DNA of 63,843 bases, the filler included, from Fonticula-like sp. SCN 57-25 (lineage: Eukaryota), in the NCBI GenBank assembly GCA_001724245.1. It is 5 parts of 5 records of this genome, joined end to end, with 100 filler letters (N's around TTAATTAATTAA, not from the genome) between each part and the next. Parts side by side here need not be neighbours in the genome. Positions count along the whole stretch, not along the records: positions 12,911 to 26,018 come from MEDX01000184.1; positions 26,119 to 38,745 come from MEDX01000185.1; 3 more parts are not named here. One strand, written 5' to 3'. A model generated the notes under the pieces. That model was not told the DNA's origin. It did not search any database and worked only from the letters and a program-made list of their open reading frames with translations. Positions 24,083 through 36,701 of the stretch are shown here, piece after piece; the stretch's first letter is position 1; each line of letters opens with the position of its first letter. Position numbers and translations under genes: made by a program.

Positions 24083-26018
24083 TTACTGCTGGTTCTCCCT
24101 GAGCCACGCAGCAGTCTCCTCACGTGACCGATCGACCCACTTTGCATTGGACCGAATCTTCTCCACCGACTGCTTGATCGACCTATCAATACTGGCGATA
24201 TCCTCGCCCTTGAACTGCGCAAAGAACGCCTCCGCCTCTGCCGCGCGCGCCTCGCTCGCGAAACTGTCGAGCGCCGCTGACACAATCCTGCCAAGCAAAA
24301 AGCTGCCGCTGTAAAACTTTGCATACAGCGTCGCCCAGTTTGCCCTCACAAAGTCCCACAGAGCGTTGCGCGCCTTGTAGTTTGCAGCGAGCGCGGCGAG
24401 CAAAAGCGGCACATCCTGCGAGCGCACATCGTCGCTGAGCGCCAATCCGAGCGCGCGCGCGACAAGATCTTGTTCCTGCACAGCAGCGAGCGCCGCCAGC
24501 GCCTGGTTCTTCTCGTCCGGCAGCGCCGACGCGCGGTACACCTGCAGCACACCTTCAAACGCGTCCTTGCCGCCGTGCGTCACCGCAATGGTAAACATGG
24601 CGCCGCGCAGGTTCGGGTGCACAGCCTTGCCGTCGCCCGCCACAAACCGCGCAAACCTTTCCTTTGCCTCACTCACAACGCGCTCGTCGCCCGCGCGGCC
24701 GGCGGCAGCGACAAGAAGCGAGCGCAGCAGCGCCTCGCCGTGCGCCTCGCCAGCCGCAAATTCCCATCCAAGCGAGTGCGCACGTGGCGCAAACAGCTTC
24801 ACGGCCAGCTTGCGCAGCCCTTCAGTGACGTCAGCGGGCTCCTCGTACCACGCCGACCGCAGCGCGCCGAGCGTGGCGACAATCTCGTCCCACGCGACGC
24901 TGTGCGCCTCATTGGCATAGAACGGCAGCAGGCGCAGGTAGCGCGTGACGGGCGTCAGGCCCGCGTACGACAGCGCAAAGGCGTCGCTGATGATGCCCAC
25001 GCGGTCGGCGGCGCTCACCGATTGGCTGGCGACGGCGGGGCCAATCAGAGCGAGCAGAGCGTCGTCGTAGAGCACGCGGTAAAAGCCGCGCTGGCCGTCG
25101 TTCAGCTTGACAAATTCGCCGCTGGGGACAGTCACGGAAGATGTGCGCTCGGAAAGGGTTTCCATGACGGCGGGCGAGGCGGCAGAAGTGCGCACAGACA
25201 GCGGCACGTACCACGTGGACGTCGACTCGGCCTCGGTCGCATCGCCACTGCTCAAAAAGCGCGTCTGCGACACATCCAGCACAGATTTGCCATCTTTTTG
25301 ACCTTCTTTTTGACCATTTTTGTCGTTTCCATGGGCATGAAGGGCGCAGCGAACAACAGGATAGCCCACCTGGCGCGTCCACGAGGCCATCATGGCGCCA
25401 ACAGGCTTCCCAGATGACTCACTCAGTGCCGTCCAGAGGTCAGCCGTGGTGGCGTTCTTAAACTTGTGGCGTGTGAGGTACGCGCGCACGCCTGACACAA
25501 AGGCGGCGTCGCCGAGAAAGTGGACGAGCATGCGGATGACGCTGGCGCCCTTTGAGTAGGAGATGGCGTCAAAGATCTGGTTGATCTCGCTGGGGCTCTT
25601 GACGTCGACTTCAATCGGGTGAGAGGTGCGCATGCTGTCAAGCTGTGCTGTCAAGCTGGGGCGAAAGTGTGAGTGGCCATGAAGGAAAAGGGTATATGAT
25701 CAAAACTGTATGATACGATACAGTATAATACACAATACCATACAATACCATGTACACTACCATATACACTACCATATACACTACCATACCATACATTACC
25801 ATACCATACCATATACACTACCCATACATCATACCATACATCATACCCTTACCCTTACCCTTACCATACACACTACCATACACACTACCCTTTCCTCTAC
25901 CCATACACCAACCCCATTACCCTCCCATATCCTCCCTTCCCAACTCTTCATTCTCGTACCCTGAGACCCGAGCTCTGCTCGTTAACCAAAAACTGCGTCC
26001 AAATATCCCAATCCGGAA
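24083..26018 (-). CDS. NPEPPS: Puromycin-sensitive (M1) aminopeptidase, C-terminal part (5' end lost in gap)
   Basis: FPDWDIWTQF, SHPIEV..EINQIFDAISYSKGASVIRML, WTRQVGYP, GFYRVLY, ERAP1_C helical region. Confidence 0.92.
25705..25925. repeat. Intronic low-complexity (ACCAT/ACACT)n tract
   Basis: Degenerate taccatatacac repeats inside an aminopeptidase intron. Confidence 0.8.
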
Positions 26019-26118
26019 NNNNNNNNNNNNNNNNNNNNNNNNNNNNNNNNNNNNNNNNNNNNTTAATTAATTAANNNNNNNNNNNNNNNNNNNNNNNNNN
26101 NNNNNNNNNNNNNNNNNN
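26019..26118. other. Artificial contig linker
   Basis: N-TTAATTAATTAA-N spacer. Confidence 0.97.
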
Positions 26119-27693
26119 CGTCATCTCTCCTTCGTACCTTTTGGTGGAGCGTGTCGGTGAGCAGCTCGTGGTCGATGCGCAGGCCGCCGTTGGGTAGCGG
26201 CGTCCACCCGACGGTGCGCTGACCAAGGCGGTAGGGGATTTCCTGGTGGAGGCGGTCGAGGACGCGCTCGCGGATGAGCTCCTCGGCGCGGCGAAGGTCC
26301 GACTGGTCGGTCACTTCGTCGCGGTGGAAAGGCCACGGGGCGGGCTTGGACTTTGACAAAAAGTATTTCTACAAAAAAAATATAAAGTATAAGCAACATA
26401 CAAGGAAGCAAAACATCAATAGAAAAAAAAAACGTCAATAGAAGGTCATGCAAACATAGATGGATTACAAACATTGGACAATTGTACACTATAGATTGAA
26501 AAATGAACGTTCACGCGATACGGCATACGAAAGCAGATGGCCCACATATAATACATGCAAAATCAACACACGAAAATACCCTCATCCACCCATAGACATG
26601 GCACGTACGCGAACGGTTTCCAACCCCTCTGATTTCAGCGCCGAGATCGGGTAAATGTGCTCGAAAGTAGGGTTGATTTCCTTGAACTTTGCAGCTACAT
26701 CAAGCAGCGGGGCCGCGTGGTCAACAAGGTCCGACTTGTTGAGCAGCAGGCACATAGGAATCCTGTACTCTTGGATGCGGCGCACGAGGTCCAGCTCGTG
26801 GTCGTGGCGCGTCTTGACCGCGTCTACCATCACGGCAGCTGCCACGTAATCCGAAATTAGATGGGGGAAGGGAACGTAAGAGTAGCGCACCGACGTCGGC
26901 CTGGTGAAGCGTACGCCACGCGCCAATCACGACGTCGCGGTGGGCGCTGTTCGGGTTCATTTGTTAAAGGTGACCAATTAGAAATCAACGCGCGTACCTG
27001 CTAATGTTTTCGGTGGGAACGATGCCCGCCGTGTCCAGCAGCACCTGGTGATTGCGTCAGCTATAACAATCAGGCGGGCCATGAAACGTACCACTTGTGT
27101 GTTTCCGACCGTAAAGATGCCGAGGACGGACTCGCGCGTCGTGTTGCGCTTCCGCGACACGATCGAAACCTTTTCGCCGACAAGGCGGTTCACCAGCGTC
27201 GACTTGCCGACATTCGGCGCACCCACCACGGCCACGTACACAACACGGGGAGACTCGGGCTGCACGACGCGTTGCTTCCGCGGGGCAATCGTGTCGAATC
27301 CTTCAGCGAGATTAGCATCGTCTACGGCGGCAAGCGGCACGCGTCGTACCTGGAGACTGGATGGGAACATAGGATGCTGGAAATGACACGCAAACAACAG
27401 GCATGGTCAATAAACAAGTAAAACAAAAGGAAACAAAAGCGAAATGAGGACGAACCGGCCTTTGCCTTGTGCCGCTCGCGCCGCTCATTGCGCTGGTGGA
27501 CCAAGAGACGCTTGGCGACGGACTCGAGCGCGCGCTCGAGCGGAAGCGACGCCTTGTAGGTGGGCTGCGCTGGCCCACCACGCCATGGAAAGCGCCTAGA
27601 AGACGTAGAGAGACACGCGCGGGCAGGGGATAGTAGGACCCACGGCCGTAGCAGGGATCCCCGGACCTGCATCGCCGCCGCAAGCACGGCCAT
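26119..27693 (-). CDS. ERAL1: Era-like GTPase, mitochondrial (3' end lost in gap)
   Basis: [50 protein letters not shown]. Arg-rich presequence. Confidence 0.92.
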
Positions 27694-27758
27694 GCTTGAT
27701 GGTCACGTGAGAACTTGAAGGCGAATCACGTGATTTATTGGTTTTGGCGCGCATCATC
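27694..27758. promoter_or_regulatory. 65-bp bidirectional promoter with two TCACGTGA E-boxes and ATTGG
   Basis: TCACGTGA at 27703-27710 and 27726-27733, between divergent ATGs at 27693 and 27759. Confidence 0.6.
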
Positions 27759-28561
27759 ATGAAGGGCCGCCGAGGGATGGGCGACTTTGTGGTGGACGAC
27801 GAGGACGAAGAGTACACCGAGCCCAAGCACAAGAAGGGCAAGAAGGCCGAGAGCGAGGAGGAGGACATGTCTGATGGCTCGGCCAGTGATGCGAGCGACG
27901 CGTCCGAGACCGATTCGGTACGATTCAGCCCAACGCGCCGCCGACCCCTTACCGTGCTGCCGCAGAAGAAGCGCGTAAAGAAGGAGAAGGTGGCAAAGAC
28001 GGCCACAAAGCGCACCGCACCCGCTCCGAAGCCGTCCTCTGTACGTTTGTGTCGTCATACTTGTGTTGCTATCTTTTGCTCGCATCGCATGACGCTAACG
28101 ATCCGTTTTATGGCACTCTCCATGTTGGTGGTCTTCCTTGAATAGGCGCCGTCTAGCGATGTGCGTGGTACCGCCTTTTGTCCGCAGCTCGTGTAAATTT
28201 ATCTGACGTTGCGCTCTTTTGCCAGGCGTCATCAACGCGCAAAGTTGAGGAGGACGGCGTCTCCTTTGAGGTGCGCCGTGGGCCCGTCTCGCCCGCCTAC
28301 TCACCCGTGCCTCCAATAGCTGAGCGGAAGGCGCAAGCTGAGCGTTCGCAAGTACCGCGGAAAAGTCTACGTTGACATCCGCGAATTTTACCTCAATGAC
28401 GCCGGTGCCATCGCGCCCGGGAGGAAAGGTACGCGGCCGACTGCGCCGTATACTTTACAGCTATACTAATTCCCGCCGCAGGGATCTCGCTCGATCTGGA
28501 CCAGTACAACAAGCTCAAGGAGCTGATGCCCGCCGTCGACGCCGAGATCGCGTCCTTGTAG
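27759..28561 (+). CDS. SUB1: Transcriptional coactivator PC4/Sub1
   Basis: LSGRRKLSVRKYRGKVYVDIREFY...PGRKGISL..DQYNKLKE. Lys/acidic N-terminus. Five introns including a 15-nt exon (28146-28160). Confidence 0.9.
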
Positions 28562-28838
28562 TGTGATTGCAATAGAATGTGGGTTTCAAAGAGCAGTGTT
28601 GCATGCCCTTGCCAAGCGTCACTCATTCTAATCTCTTGTAGAAAATATCGCATCACATTATATGCAATACTTGCAATGAACAAGGGCACGAAACACAGGG
28701 TAATAACAATAAAAGAGAATGCAAGATGAACAACATATATTTAAGCTTGCTCAATCGTCCATACACCATTGCTACCGTCATCCACTTAAGGACAAATTGC
28801 GCCTCTGTGCCTGAGCCGTTGATTAATTCGTGTCTTGG

Positions 28839-31800
28839 TTAAGCGTGGTTGCTTCTCGTCGAACTGGACCTACCCTCTCCAGACGACGATGCTCCAGAAT
28901 CCGCTAAGAACGGCTGCACCGGAGAAGAGAAGTATACAGGAGGTTGAGTCTGCGACGCCCACGGACTCACAGCGGGGGCAGCCAGGCCGTTATCTGTTGC
29001 CCACGGTGACGCAACGGGACCTGCGAGCAGCGCCGACGAGCTGGAGCATTCGTCAGTTCCCTTTCGCGATGCCGTCCTCTTTTTCTCGTATGCCAATGGT
29101 TTTTCATTGACACGCTTTTCCCCACCAAGCCTTCCGCCGAGGCCATGTTTACCGGCCACGCTGCTGCTTGCCTGATCGTGCGCAATGGAAAAATATGCGG
29201 GAGGCAGATCCTGCTCTTCCTGCGCCGGTTCACCAGGCACATCAGATGGGCCCCAGAAAGCGTGCGGTGCCAGAGCCGCAGAGGACTGCGACGAGGCGCC
29301 CAGCAGGCCACCAGCATCGCCGCCATCGTTTTCAGATTCAGGGTCGTCGCTTCCGTCGTCCGGCGTGTGCTATTTCCACGACCAATGGTAAGAAAGAGGC
29401 CAGAAAGAGGAGGACGGGGCGCACCAATGCCATCGTGCTCTCTACGTAATCCACCTTGGAGATGTCGGCCACGCGGTTGCGGCGTCGAATATACAGCTTA
29501 AGACCCACTAGCATGAGAATAAGGAAAATTACGCCCAACACAACGCCGACGATTAAGCCTATCGGTGGTACATCTTCCCTAACGCCGCCGTCTAGCAAAC
29601 AATAATAATATGAGCGCTCAAATAGCATGACCGGTATTCACGGTTTTTTCCCAAGCATACCGCCATCACCGACATAATCGGCGGAGGATGTGCTGGCCGT
29701 CAGGCGCACACCCACTTGCTCCGTCTCGCCGTCGCGACCCGCAAGAAGAAGCAGTTCGTACGCCTTTGAAGTTTCAAGACCGGTGACCGTCGCATCGGTC
29801 GACGCTACGCTGGTGTTAACAAAAGACAAAAAACCTCGCAGTTGCGCACCACTTCCGAGCTGGCTGAACAAAGTAAAGCCATCCGACACTGCGCGGGTCG
29901 CCGCGAGCTTGCGGTACCACAGCTCGTAGTACGCACCCTCGGGTGACGCTGTCCAGCTGACGCGCAGCGAGTTGTGCGTCCCAGCCTCTAGTTGAAAGGA
30001 ACTAGCCGCTAGATATGTACAAATCAGCACAACAACGTATACATATTATCGAGAAACGCCGCACGCGGTATGTACGTCTTGGTCTGCAAAACGACGGCGC
30101 CAATGTCCGAATAGCCGTTGTCACTGATGGACACACGGAACTGATACCCGGAATTCGAAATGAGGCCGCCAACAACGACATGCCGTTCAGGAATATTTGA
30201 AGCGGCTATAGATACTGATAAGTTCACTAGGACATATCTATCCATGAAAGCGCGTACCGCCGGAATTGGCTACGACAAACGACCCCGTCAGCGTCGCCAC
30301 TTCAACAAGGAACCTTGTGCTCTCTGTCGCATTTGCCGTGTCCCATGCAAGCGAAACTGAATCTGACGTCTTGCTCGTCCAACGAAAGTTCTCCAGTTGG
30401 CCGCCGACAACGGGAGCTAGAGGGAGCGCGTTAATGAAAGCACCAACCGCGGGAGCAACGTACTAAAGATACAGGGCCGAGCATAGGTGTCCTCCCATGT
30501 GCCGTTCGAATAACAGTAGCGCATTGGGGGGCCTTCAGGTGCAAACTCGTAGCCAGTGGCGCAAATTCCCTCGACACTGGCGCCGGGTGAAGCTGGTGGA
30601 AAGAATGTCATGCCGACAGTGCTGCTTTGGCAGTCATCGTACTTGACCGTACACGGATCGCTAATGACGGTGCTCCAGTTACCGGAGGTGAGACACTGCC
30701 TGCGAGGCGTTCCCTGGTACCCGGAGATGCACAGGCCAACAGTCTCGGCTCCAACTGTCGTGGCAAACCAATCAGCGTTTCCTTTCCGTTCGGCAGAGCA
30801 AAGCCGCGAAGCACACGGATTCGAGATTGCGCCCCAATTTCCGTCGTTTTGACATTGCCGCGATGGCGAACCAAAGTAACCTGTCTCGCATTCGCCATAA
30901 ACGGGCGCCGACAGCGACAGCGTGTTGGGCCACTCTACGTGGCCGTCCATCACGGCCGGACAGACGTTCTGCAAGCACGGGTTCACAATGGGACCCCACA
31001 CCCCAGAGGACGAGCACGCGCGCGCCGGGCTCCCGGAATAGCCGGTCGGGCATGAGCCGCTCGCAGCGCTGTCGGCCGACGTAGCAGGCCAAATGACGTG
31101 TCCATATGACTGGGCAGGACACGACAGCGGGATGCAATTATCGCTGAGGATCGAAGTCCACGTGCCATTAAGGGCGCAATCGCGAACGGGCAACCCGATG
31201 GTGCCCAAGGGGCAGATGCCTCCTACGCTCGTCGTGCCTGCGTTGGTCGGCCCCCATGCGCCCGCTTCACTGTCGAGCGCCGGGCACATAATGCGAAGGC
31301 ACGGGTTCCTCACGGCAGAGTACAAACCACTCGCGCTGCAGTCTCGCAGCGGTGCTCCATACCAGCCCAACGTGCAAGTTCCACGCACGTCATTGGTCAT
31401 AGAGTTTTCCGGCGGCCAAAGGGCGTTTTCAAATGTTTCACTAGGGCAAACAAGACGCTTACAAGTGCCGCTGATCGAGCCCCAGATACCATTCTCAAGA
31501 CACGAGCGGCTGGGTGCTGGGCTGGACGCATAGCCAATAACGCAGTCACCATAGGCAACATTCCCGGCAAGAGTATCGATCCATTGAGCATTGCTCATTG
31601 TCTCGGCGGGGCAAATGACAAAATTACACTTGCCAACAACTGGGCCCCACACACCATCCAAAGAGCAGGAGCGAGTTACCGAGCCCACCGTGCCAGGTAC
31701 GCATGTACCAGTGGATGAAAGACCACTAGGCGTATCCACCCACATACTATCAGAACTCATACCAGACGGGCACTTCAGTTGGGTGCAGGGAGCTGAGACT

Positions 31801-34800
31801 GTCTCCCAGATGCCAGAGGAACTGCATAGGCGCGTTGGGGCACCCCCGTAACCCGCAAGGCAGGCGCCTGAAGCACTATGGCCGGCCTGCGTCTGCGGCC
31901 ACGAGCTGTGCGCGCCGTCATCGCCGATGGCAGCGCAGCGGATCGCCTGGCAGGCAGGCGACGGCGTGCCCCAATCACCCGCAAGCGTGCACACGCGCGC
32001 GGTCGTCCCGGAGAAACCGGCGAGGCAGGTTCCCGAAGCCGACGAACCGGCCTGCACAGACTCGGGCCATTCGGCGTTGAACGGGGAATAGCTGGGCGAC
32101 GTCTTTGTGCAGTAGATCGGCTTGCATGGGTTCGTGATCACCGTGTCCCACTGGCCGTTGTCCTTGCACATGCGCTGCGGCGGCGGCAGCGTCGTATCGT
32201 AGCCGGCCACGCACGTGCCGGTCACAACCTGGTTGACGGTTGAAGGGCTCTCCCAATCAGCGTGGCCGTTGTTGCGCAGGGCCGGGCACGGGTTGGTGCT
32301 GCACGGGTTCCTCGCCTCCGACCACGTCCCGTCGTAGAAGCAGTCGCGCGCAGGGAAGCCAAACGTGTTGTCGTAGCAGGTGCCGTCCACGTTCGAGTCG
32401 CCGGCGTTGGTTTCAGGGAAACGTGCTTGCGCTGAAGCGTCGTTGATGGCAGCGCACTTGATGCGCGTGCAAGGCGACACGATTGAGCCCCACGTCCCCG
32501 AGATGCTGCACTCACGCATCGGCGAGCCGGTCCAGCCGAGGTTACAAACTCCATAAGCGGTCGTGCCGGAAATGGTATCCGACCACTGGGCGCTGCCCTG
32601 ATTGTGGGCACTGCACACGATGGGCCGGCAGGGGTTAATGATTTCACCAAAGATGCCGTCGGGGCCGCAGGTGCGGCTTGGGCTTCCTTGGTAGCCAGTG
32701 AAACATGTCGCAGAAACGGACGTGAGCGAATCCGTAGAAGGCCAGCTGGCAAAGCCCTCGGTCGTTGAGCTACAGCTGTAGCGAGTACACGCGCCAGAAA
32801 CAGCTAGCCACTCGCCGCTCACGCTGCAGTCGCGAGTAGGCGTACCGCTGTAGCCGGCTATGCATTCGCCCGAAACGGTGGAGGTGGGAGCAGCCGAGTG
32901 AGGCCAGATAGCGTCGTTTCGCTGCGCCCACGGGCAGTACAGCCGGACGCAGGGGTTTGCGATAGACGGCGACCACGTGCCATCGGCGCTGCAGGCGCGA
33001 GAAGGGACACCCGAGTAACCAGTAACGCATGTGCCGGTTGCGGTTGTCATTGACAGAGTGTTGCCAGGCCAATTCGCGTTCTCAAAAGTGGTCGCCCAGC
33101 AGGTGTTGCGAACGCACGCGGGCGATACAGACGAAGCCCAAACGCCAGTGATTGAGCACATGCGCACAGGCGCCCCGCTGTACCCAGTCACGCAGGTGCC
33201 ATTGCTGCTCGATCCCGCGTTCGTTGCTGGCCACGCAGCATTTTTAAATGACGATTCGGCGGAGCAGGAAATCGGATGGCAGGTGCCAATGACGGTGGTG
33301 TTCCAGCTTCCGTTTGCCTCGCATGGCCGCTGCGGCGAGCCTTGAAAGCCTGCAACGCACAAACCCACGCCATTTGTCATCGTGATCGTTTTAGGCCACT
33401 GTACGTTGTTTACGGCATCCGCAAACGGCTGGCACTCAATACCTACGGCAAAAGTGAGTAATCTACCATTACCAATCAGTGGGTGGCGAACGGGTACAAG
33501 GCCTTGTGACATTGCCCCATGCACCAGACGCAGAGCAGGTGCTCGCTGGGGTGCCGGAGCTCGTCGCGTACCCAGGGAGACAGGCGCCGGTCCGCGTTAC
33601 GGTGCTGTAGGTTTTGATAAATTCGGCGTTACCCATCGTCACAGCAGGACAGACGAGGCGACTACAAGACTCGATGGCGGTATCGGCCCAAGTACCATAG
33701 GGGGAGCAAAATCTGGTTGCAGTGCCATTGTAACCGGTGATACAAGAACCAACTGCAACTTGGCCGGCGTTTGTGATTGGGTATCCGGCATTCCCAACGC
33801 TACCCGTGATGTCCTCACTGCACGTCAATGCTAACAGGCAGGTCAGTAGACGCAGGGGGCCTAGCAATATACGAACGAATGCAAGGGTCGCGCACGGCTC
33901 CCCATACGGTATTGCTACAGAGCGCTTTCGGATATCCAATGTAGCCTGGGAGGCAGGTGCCCGTTGAAGTGACGCCTGTCAATGTTAAGGTGAAATTGGC
34001 ATTCCCAATGATCGTCGTGTCACACGAACTATCTGAAAAACGGGAAATGTTAGATTAAGAATTATAAAAAGAAAATTGGCGTACAAGTACACTGTGTTCC
34101 TGATCCGGCATAGTGCGTGTTGCAGGTACATTCGCCATTGTAGGAGCAGCCTGCATTCTGGTCACACGTCAAATAGTCGAGGGCAATGTAGGCTCTGAAA
34201 GGAGCAGACCCCTTGTGCGTTTCCCAGCCTATTTGTGTACCATGATCGTACTGCTGGCGGAGCGTCACCTAAGGGCGCCGGGTAAATGGATGGTCGAAAA
34301 TATCGTACAAGATAGGATGCGTACAGTGCTGGCTGAATTGCGCACTACAGTATTGAGGAGGGTGGCGGGGAGGTCAACATAATACCACCACCTAAAGAGG
34401 CGATTAGCAGATATCTCAAAGTGGCGCTAAAACCGCACTCTGATGCCTTTGTGTAGCCCGATTGCGATACGCGGGCGATGTAGGATGAAAGAGCAGGTTG
34501 GTTATTCCAGGTCAAAGCGCCGTAGTTGCTAAACAGCGCGTTAACATTGCTGGTACATTACTATTCTCGTACACGTTGGTAAGCGCATCTGTTGTAACTG
34601 TGGTAGCCATGCTGGGGGTCGCGCTTGTGCTTGACTGGCTCAGGAACAGCTTTGGCGCTCCGGTGGCGCAGAAACGGCTCGAGATGGGCTTTCGAAAGAA
34701 GAGGTGTGAGTCAGTGATAACCAAAGAATACGACTGCGGCATACTGCCAGAGTAGAAAAGTCAAAGACGCCGTATGACACCCAGCGCGGCATCGACCCAG

Positions 34801-35088
34801 TTCCTTGTGTGTACACCAGGTTGTACGTTTTATACTCGTCCGTGCAACCTGGCTCCCCATTGCAAAATTTGATCTGGTAACGAGCGCCAGCCTCATAATT
34901 GCGCCCACCATTCCCAGAGTAGGTAGAAGCGCCATTGTACATGTACACCCGCGTGTTCTGTGAAGCTACACACGCGATATCAGCTGTTAGCAAATCTCTT
35001 GGCTGCAAGATTGGTAGTGAGCGCAGTGCGCACCTGCGGTCGCGATGCTGAAAGCCAACAGCGCGATTCGCGCTAGAAAAGCTCGCAT
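28839..35088 (-). CDS. Large type-I membrane protein: signal peptide, N-terminal domain, EGF-like, about 21 HRM/sushi-like 4-Cys repeats, FN3 domains, TM, PPxY tail
   Basis: Signal MRAFLARIALLAFSIATA. EGF-like CDQNAGCSYNGECTCNTHYAGSGTQC. Repeats C..NA.WP.T..G.C..GY.G.P.R.C...G.W...C. FN3 (LRVSW..YELWY..TVTGLETSKAYEL). TM IGLIVGVVLGVIFLILMLVGL followed by RRR. Confidence 0.85.
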
Positions 35089-35248
35089 TTTCGGCTCCCC
35101 TAATTGCGCTCAGCCTTCCAGCCAGGTAGCCAACTCACTCTGGTAAGACTAGCGCGCGAGCTGCGAGCGAAGACCTAGGGATTCAGGCCGAGACTTGCTG
35201 CAAAGTCGCTGGCTACGGTTTGCAGAAAGTTTGCAACTTCGCAAGTGT

Positions 35249-35263
35249 TCAGTTTGCACTTTG
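35249..35263 (-). promoter_or_regulatory. Candidate cis-element CAAAGTGCAAACTGA upstream of repeat receptor
   Basis: Identical 15-mer upstream of viperin (63790-63804) and a 14-mer upstream of the BAH-PHD gene (51616-51629). Confidence 0.45.
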
Positions 35264-35699
35264 CAACGTCTACGTCATCGTCATGATGTCATCCCTGCTG
35301 TGTCGCCGACGCGCCGTGACGTAGACGTGACGTTTCGGAGATGAGGTCGCCGACTCGCCGTGGGGTCGGAGCTGATCCCGCTCATCAACTTTGTGCAGCC
35401 CGCTATTGCGTCCCTTGATCACTACCTACTGCGCCAGTGTTGCCGTCTGCAGCCAAAGCACCCGCTGCACCCGCAAATCGTCCGATCTCGAGAATAGTAT
35501 TGGACTATTGGTCAGGATTCTTTTGTCCCGCCAATTCCGCCATCCACGACCGCGTCGCCCCGCTTCGCCTTTGCGTCATGAGCATGAGCCAGCGCGACAC
35601 GCAGCAGGGCAAGGGTACCATTAACTTGCTGCTGGCCGAGAACTAGCTTTTCAGGGGCCGCGAGGCCTACCGGGGCATTCGCGGTCCGCCGGGCCCGGT

Positions 35700-36202
35700 T
35701 AGAGGTCCGAACCGGTTCCAATTTTTGGAACCGGAACCGGCCGGTTCCAGACGCTCAAAACCGGAACCGGAACCGGAACCGGAAGTCATATGCGACTACG
35801 CCCTTTTTACCCCTGATTTTAGGAAGGTCCCTTGACGATGGGCATCATGGAGTCGTTGGCCATCTGGCATCAGATGATGAGCTGTGTCCATTGAATGCCA
35901 ATACGACAGATCATTGGATAAACGCCAACGCTCTAAAGGAAGTATACCTTTGCTCGTGATTGACTGTGTTAGATGATGGAGAACTATTATGGGCAGCGCT
36001 GCCTCCTGCCTCCGCTTGCCGCGCCATTTCAAATTTGGCGGGAAATTTGGCGGGAAACGAGGCGTGTCATATTGAGTCATAATAAAAAGTCAGGGCTGGA
36101 ATCAGTGTCCGGTTCCTGCCGGTTCCGGTTCCAGAAATTTGGAACCGGAACCGGTTCGAACCGTCCGGTTCCGGTTCGAACCGGACCCGGGTCGGACCTC
36201 TA
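35700..36202. mobile_element. Non-autonomous hAT-type DNA transposon (MITE), 503 bp
   Basis: TIRs TAGAGGTCCGAACCGG / CCGGGTCGGACCTCTA. Exact 8-bp TSD GGCCCGGT at 35692-35699 and 36203-36210. Subterminal (GGAACC)n arrays at both ends. Confidence 0.92.
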
Positions 36203-36247
36203 GGCCCGGTGTGGCACGCAGGACGCCCAATACGCTGCTATTACTGG

Positions 36248-36479
36248 TTTGAGGTGTTCCGTTGCGCTCTCTCGCCCACATTCTTACCTCGTCCACCAAT
36301 CGCTGAGCGAAATGCGCAAGCGGAGCGTTTGACAGTACCGCGGGAATGTAGGCGTTGCAGCGATGCTGGTAATTCTCGCCGCAGGGATCTCGCTCGATCT
36401 GGACCAGTACAACAAGCTCATATAGCTCAGGAGCTGACGCCCGCCGTCGACGCCGAGATCGCGTCCTTGTCGTGTGATT
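36248..36479 (+). pseudogene. Degenerate copy of the 3' half of PC4/SUB1
   Basis: Aligns to 28265-28568. Acceptor ccaatAG changed to ccaatCG, internal deletion, insertion containing TAG in the last exon, stop TAG changed to TCG. Confidence 0.88.
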
Positions 36480-36701
36480 TTGAGCAATAGGACGTGGTTA
36501 TCGAAGCGCTTGTTTGATTATGTTTTCATGTGTTAATGCCATCCAAGTATATTATAATCATGCATGAATTCCAAAATCGCATTGAATACGGTCTACACGC
36601 GGCACAAATGCCGCGCATGCTCATAGTTACGAATGCCTCGTCTACTTGTGATCATATTATGTCTCCGTGTTATAGTTGTCCAGTATAATTCAACTGACCG
36701 T

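Noticed and set aside
25710-26070. His/Tyr/Thr-rich ORFs
   Set aside because: Translations of an intronic low-complexity tract.
35796-36203. ORFs inside the MITE as transposase
   Set aside because: Short, with no recognisable BED, DDE or hAT dimerisation motifs.
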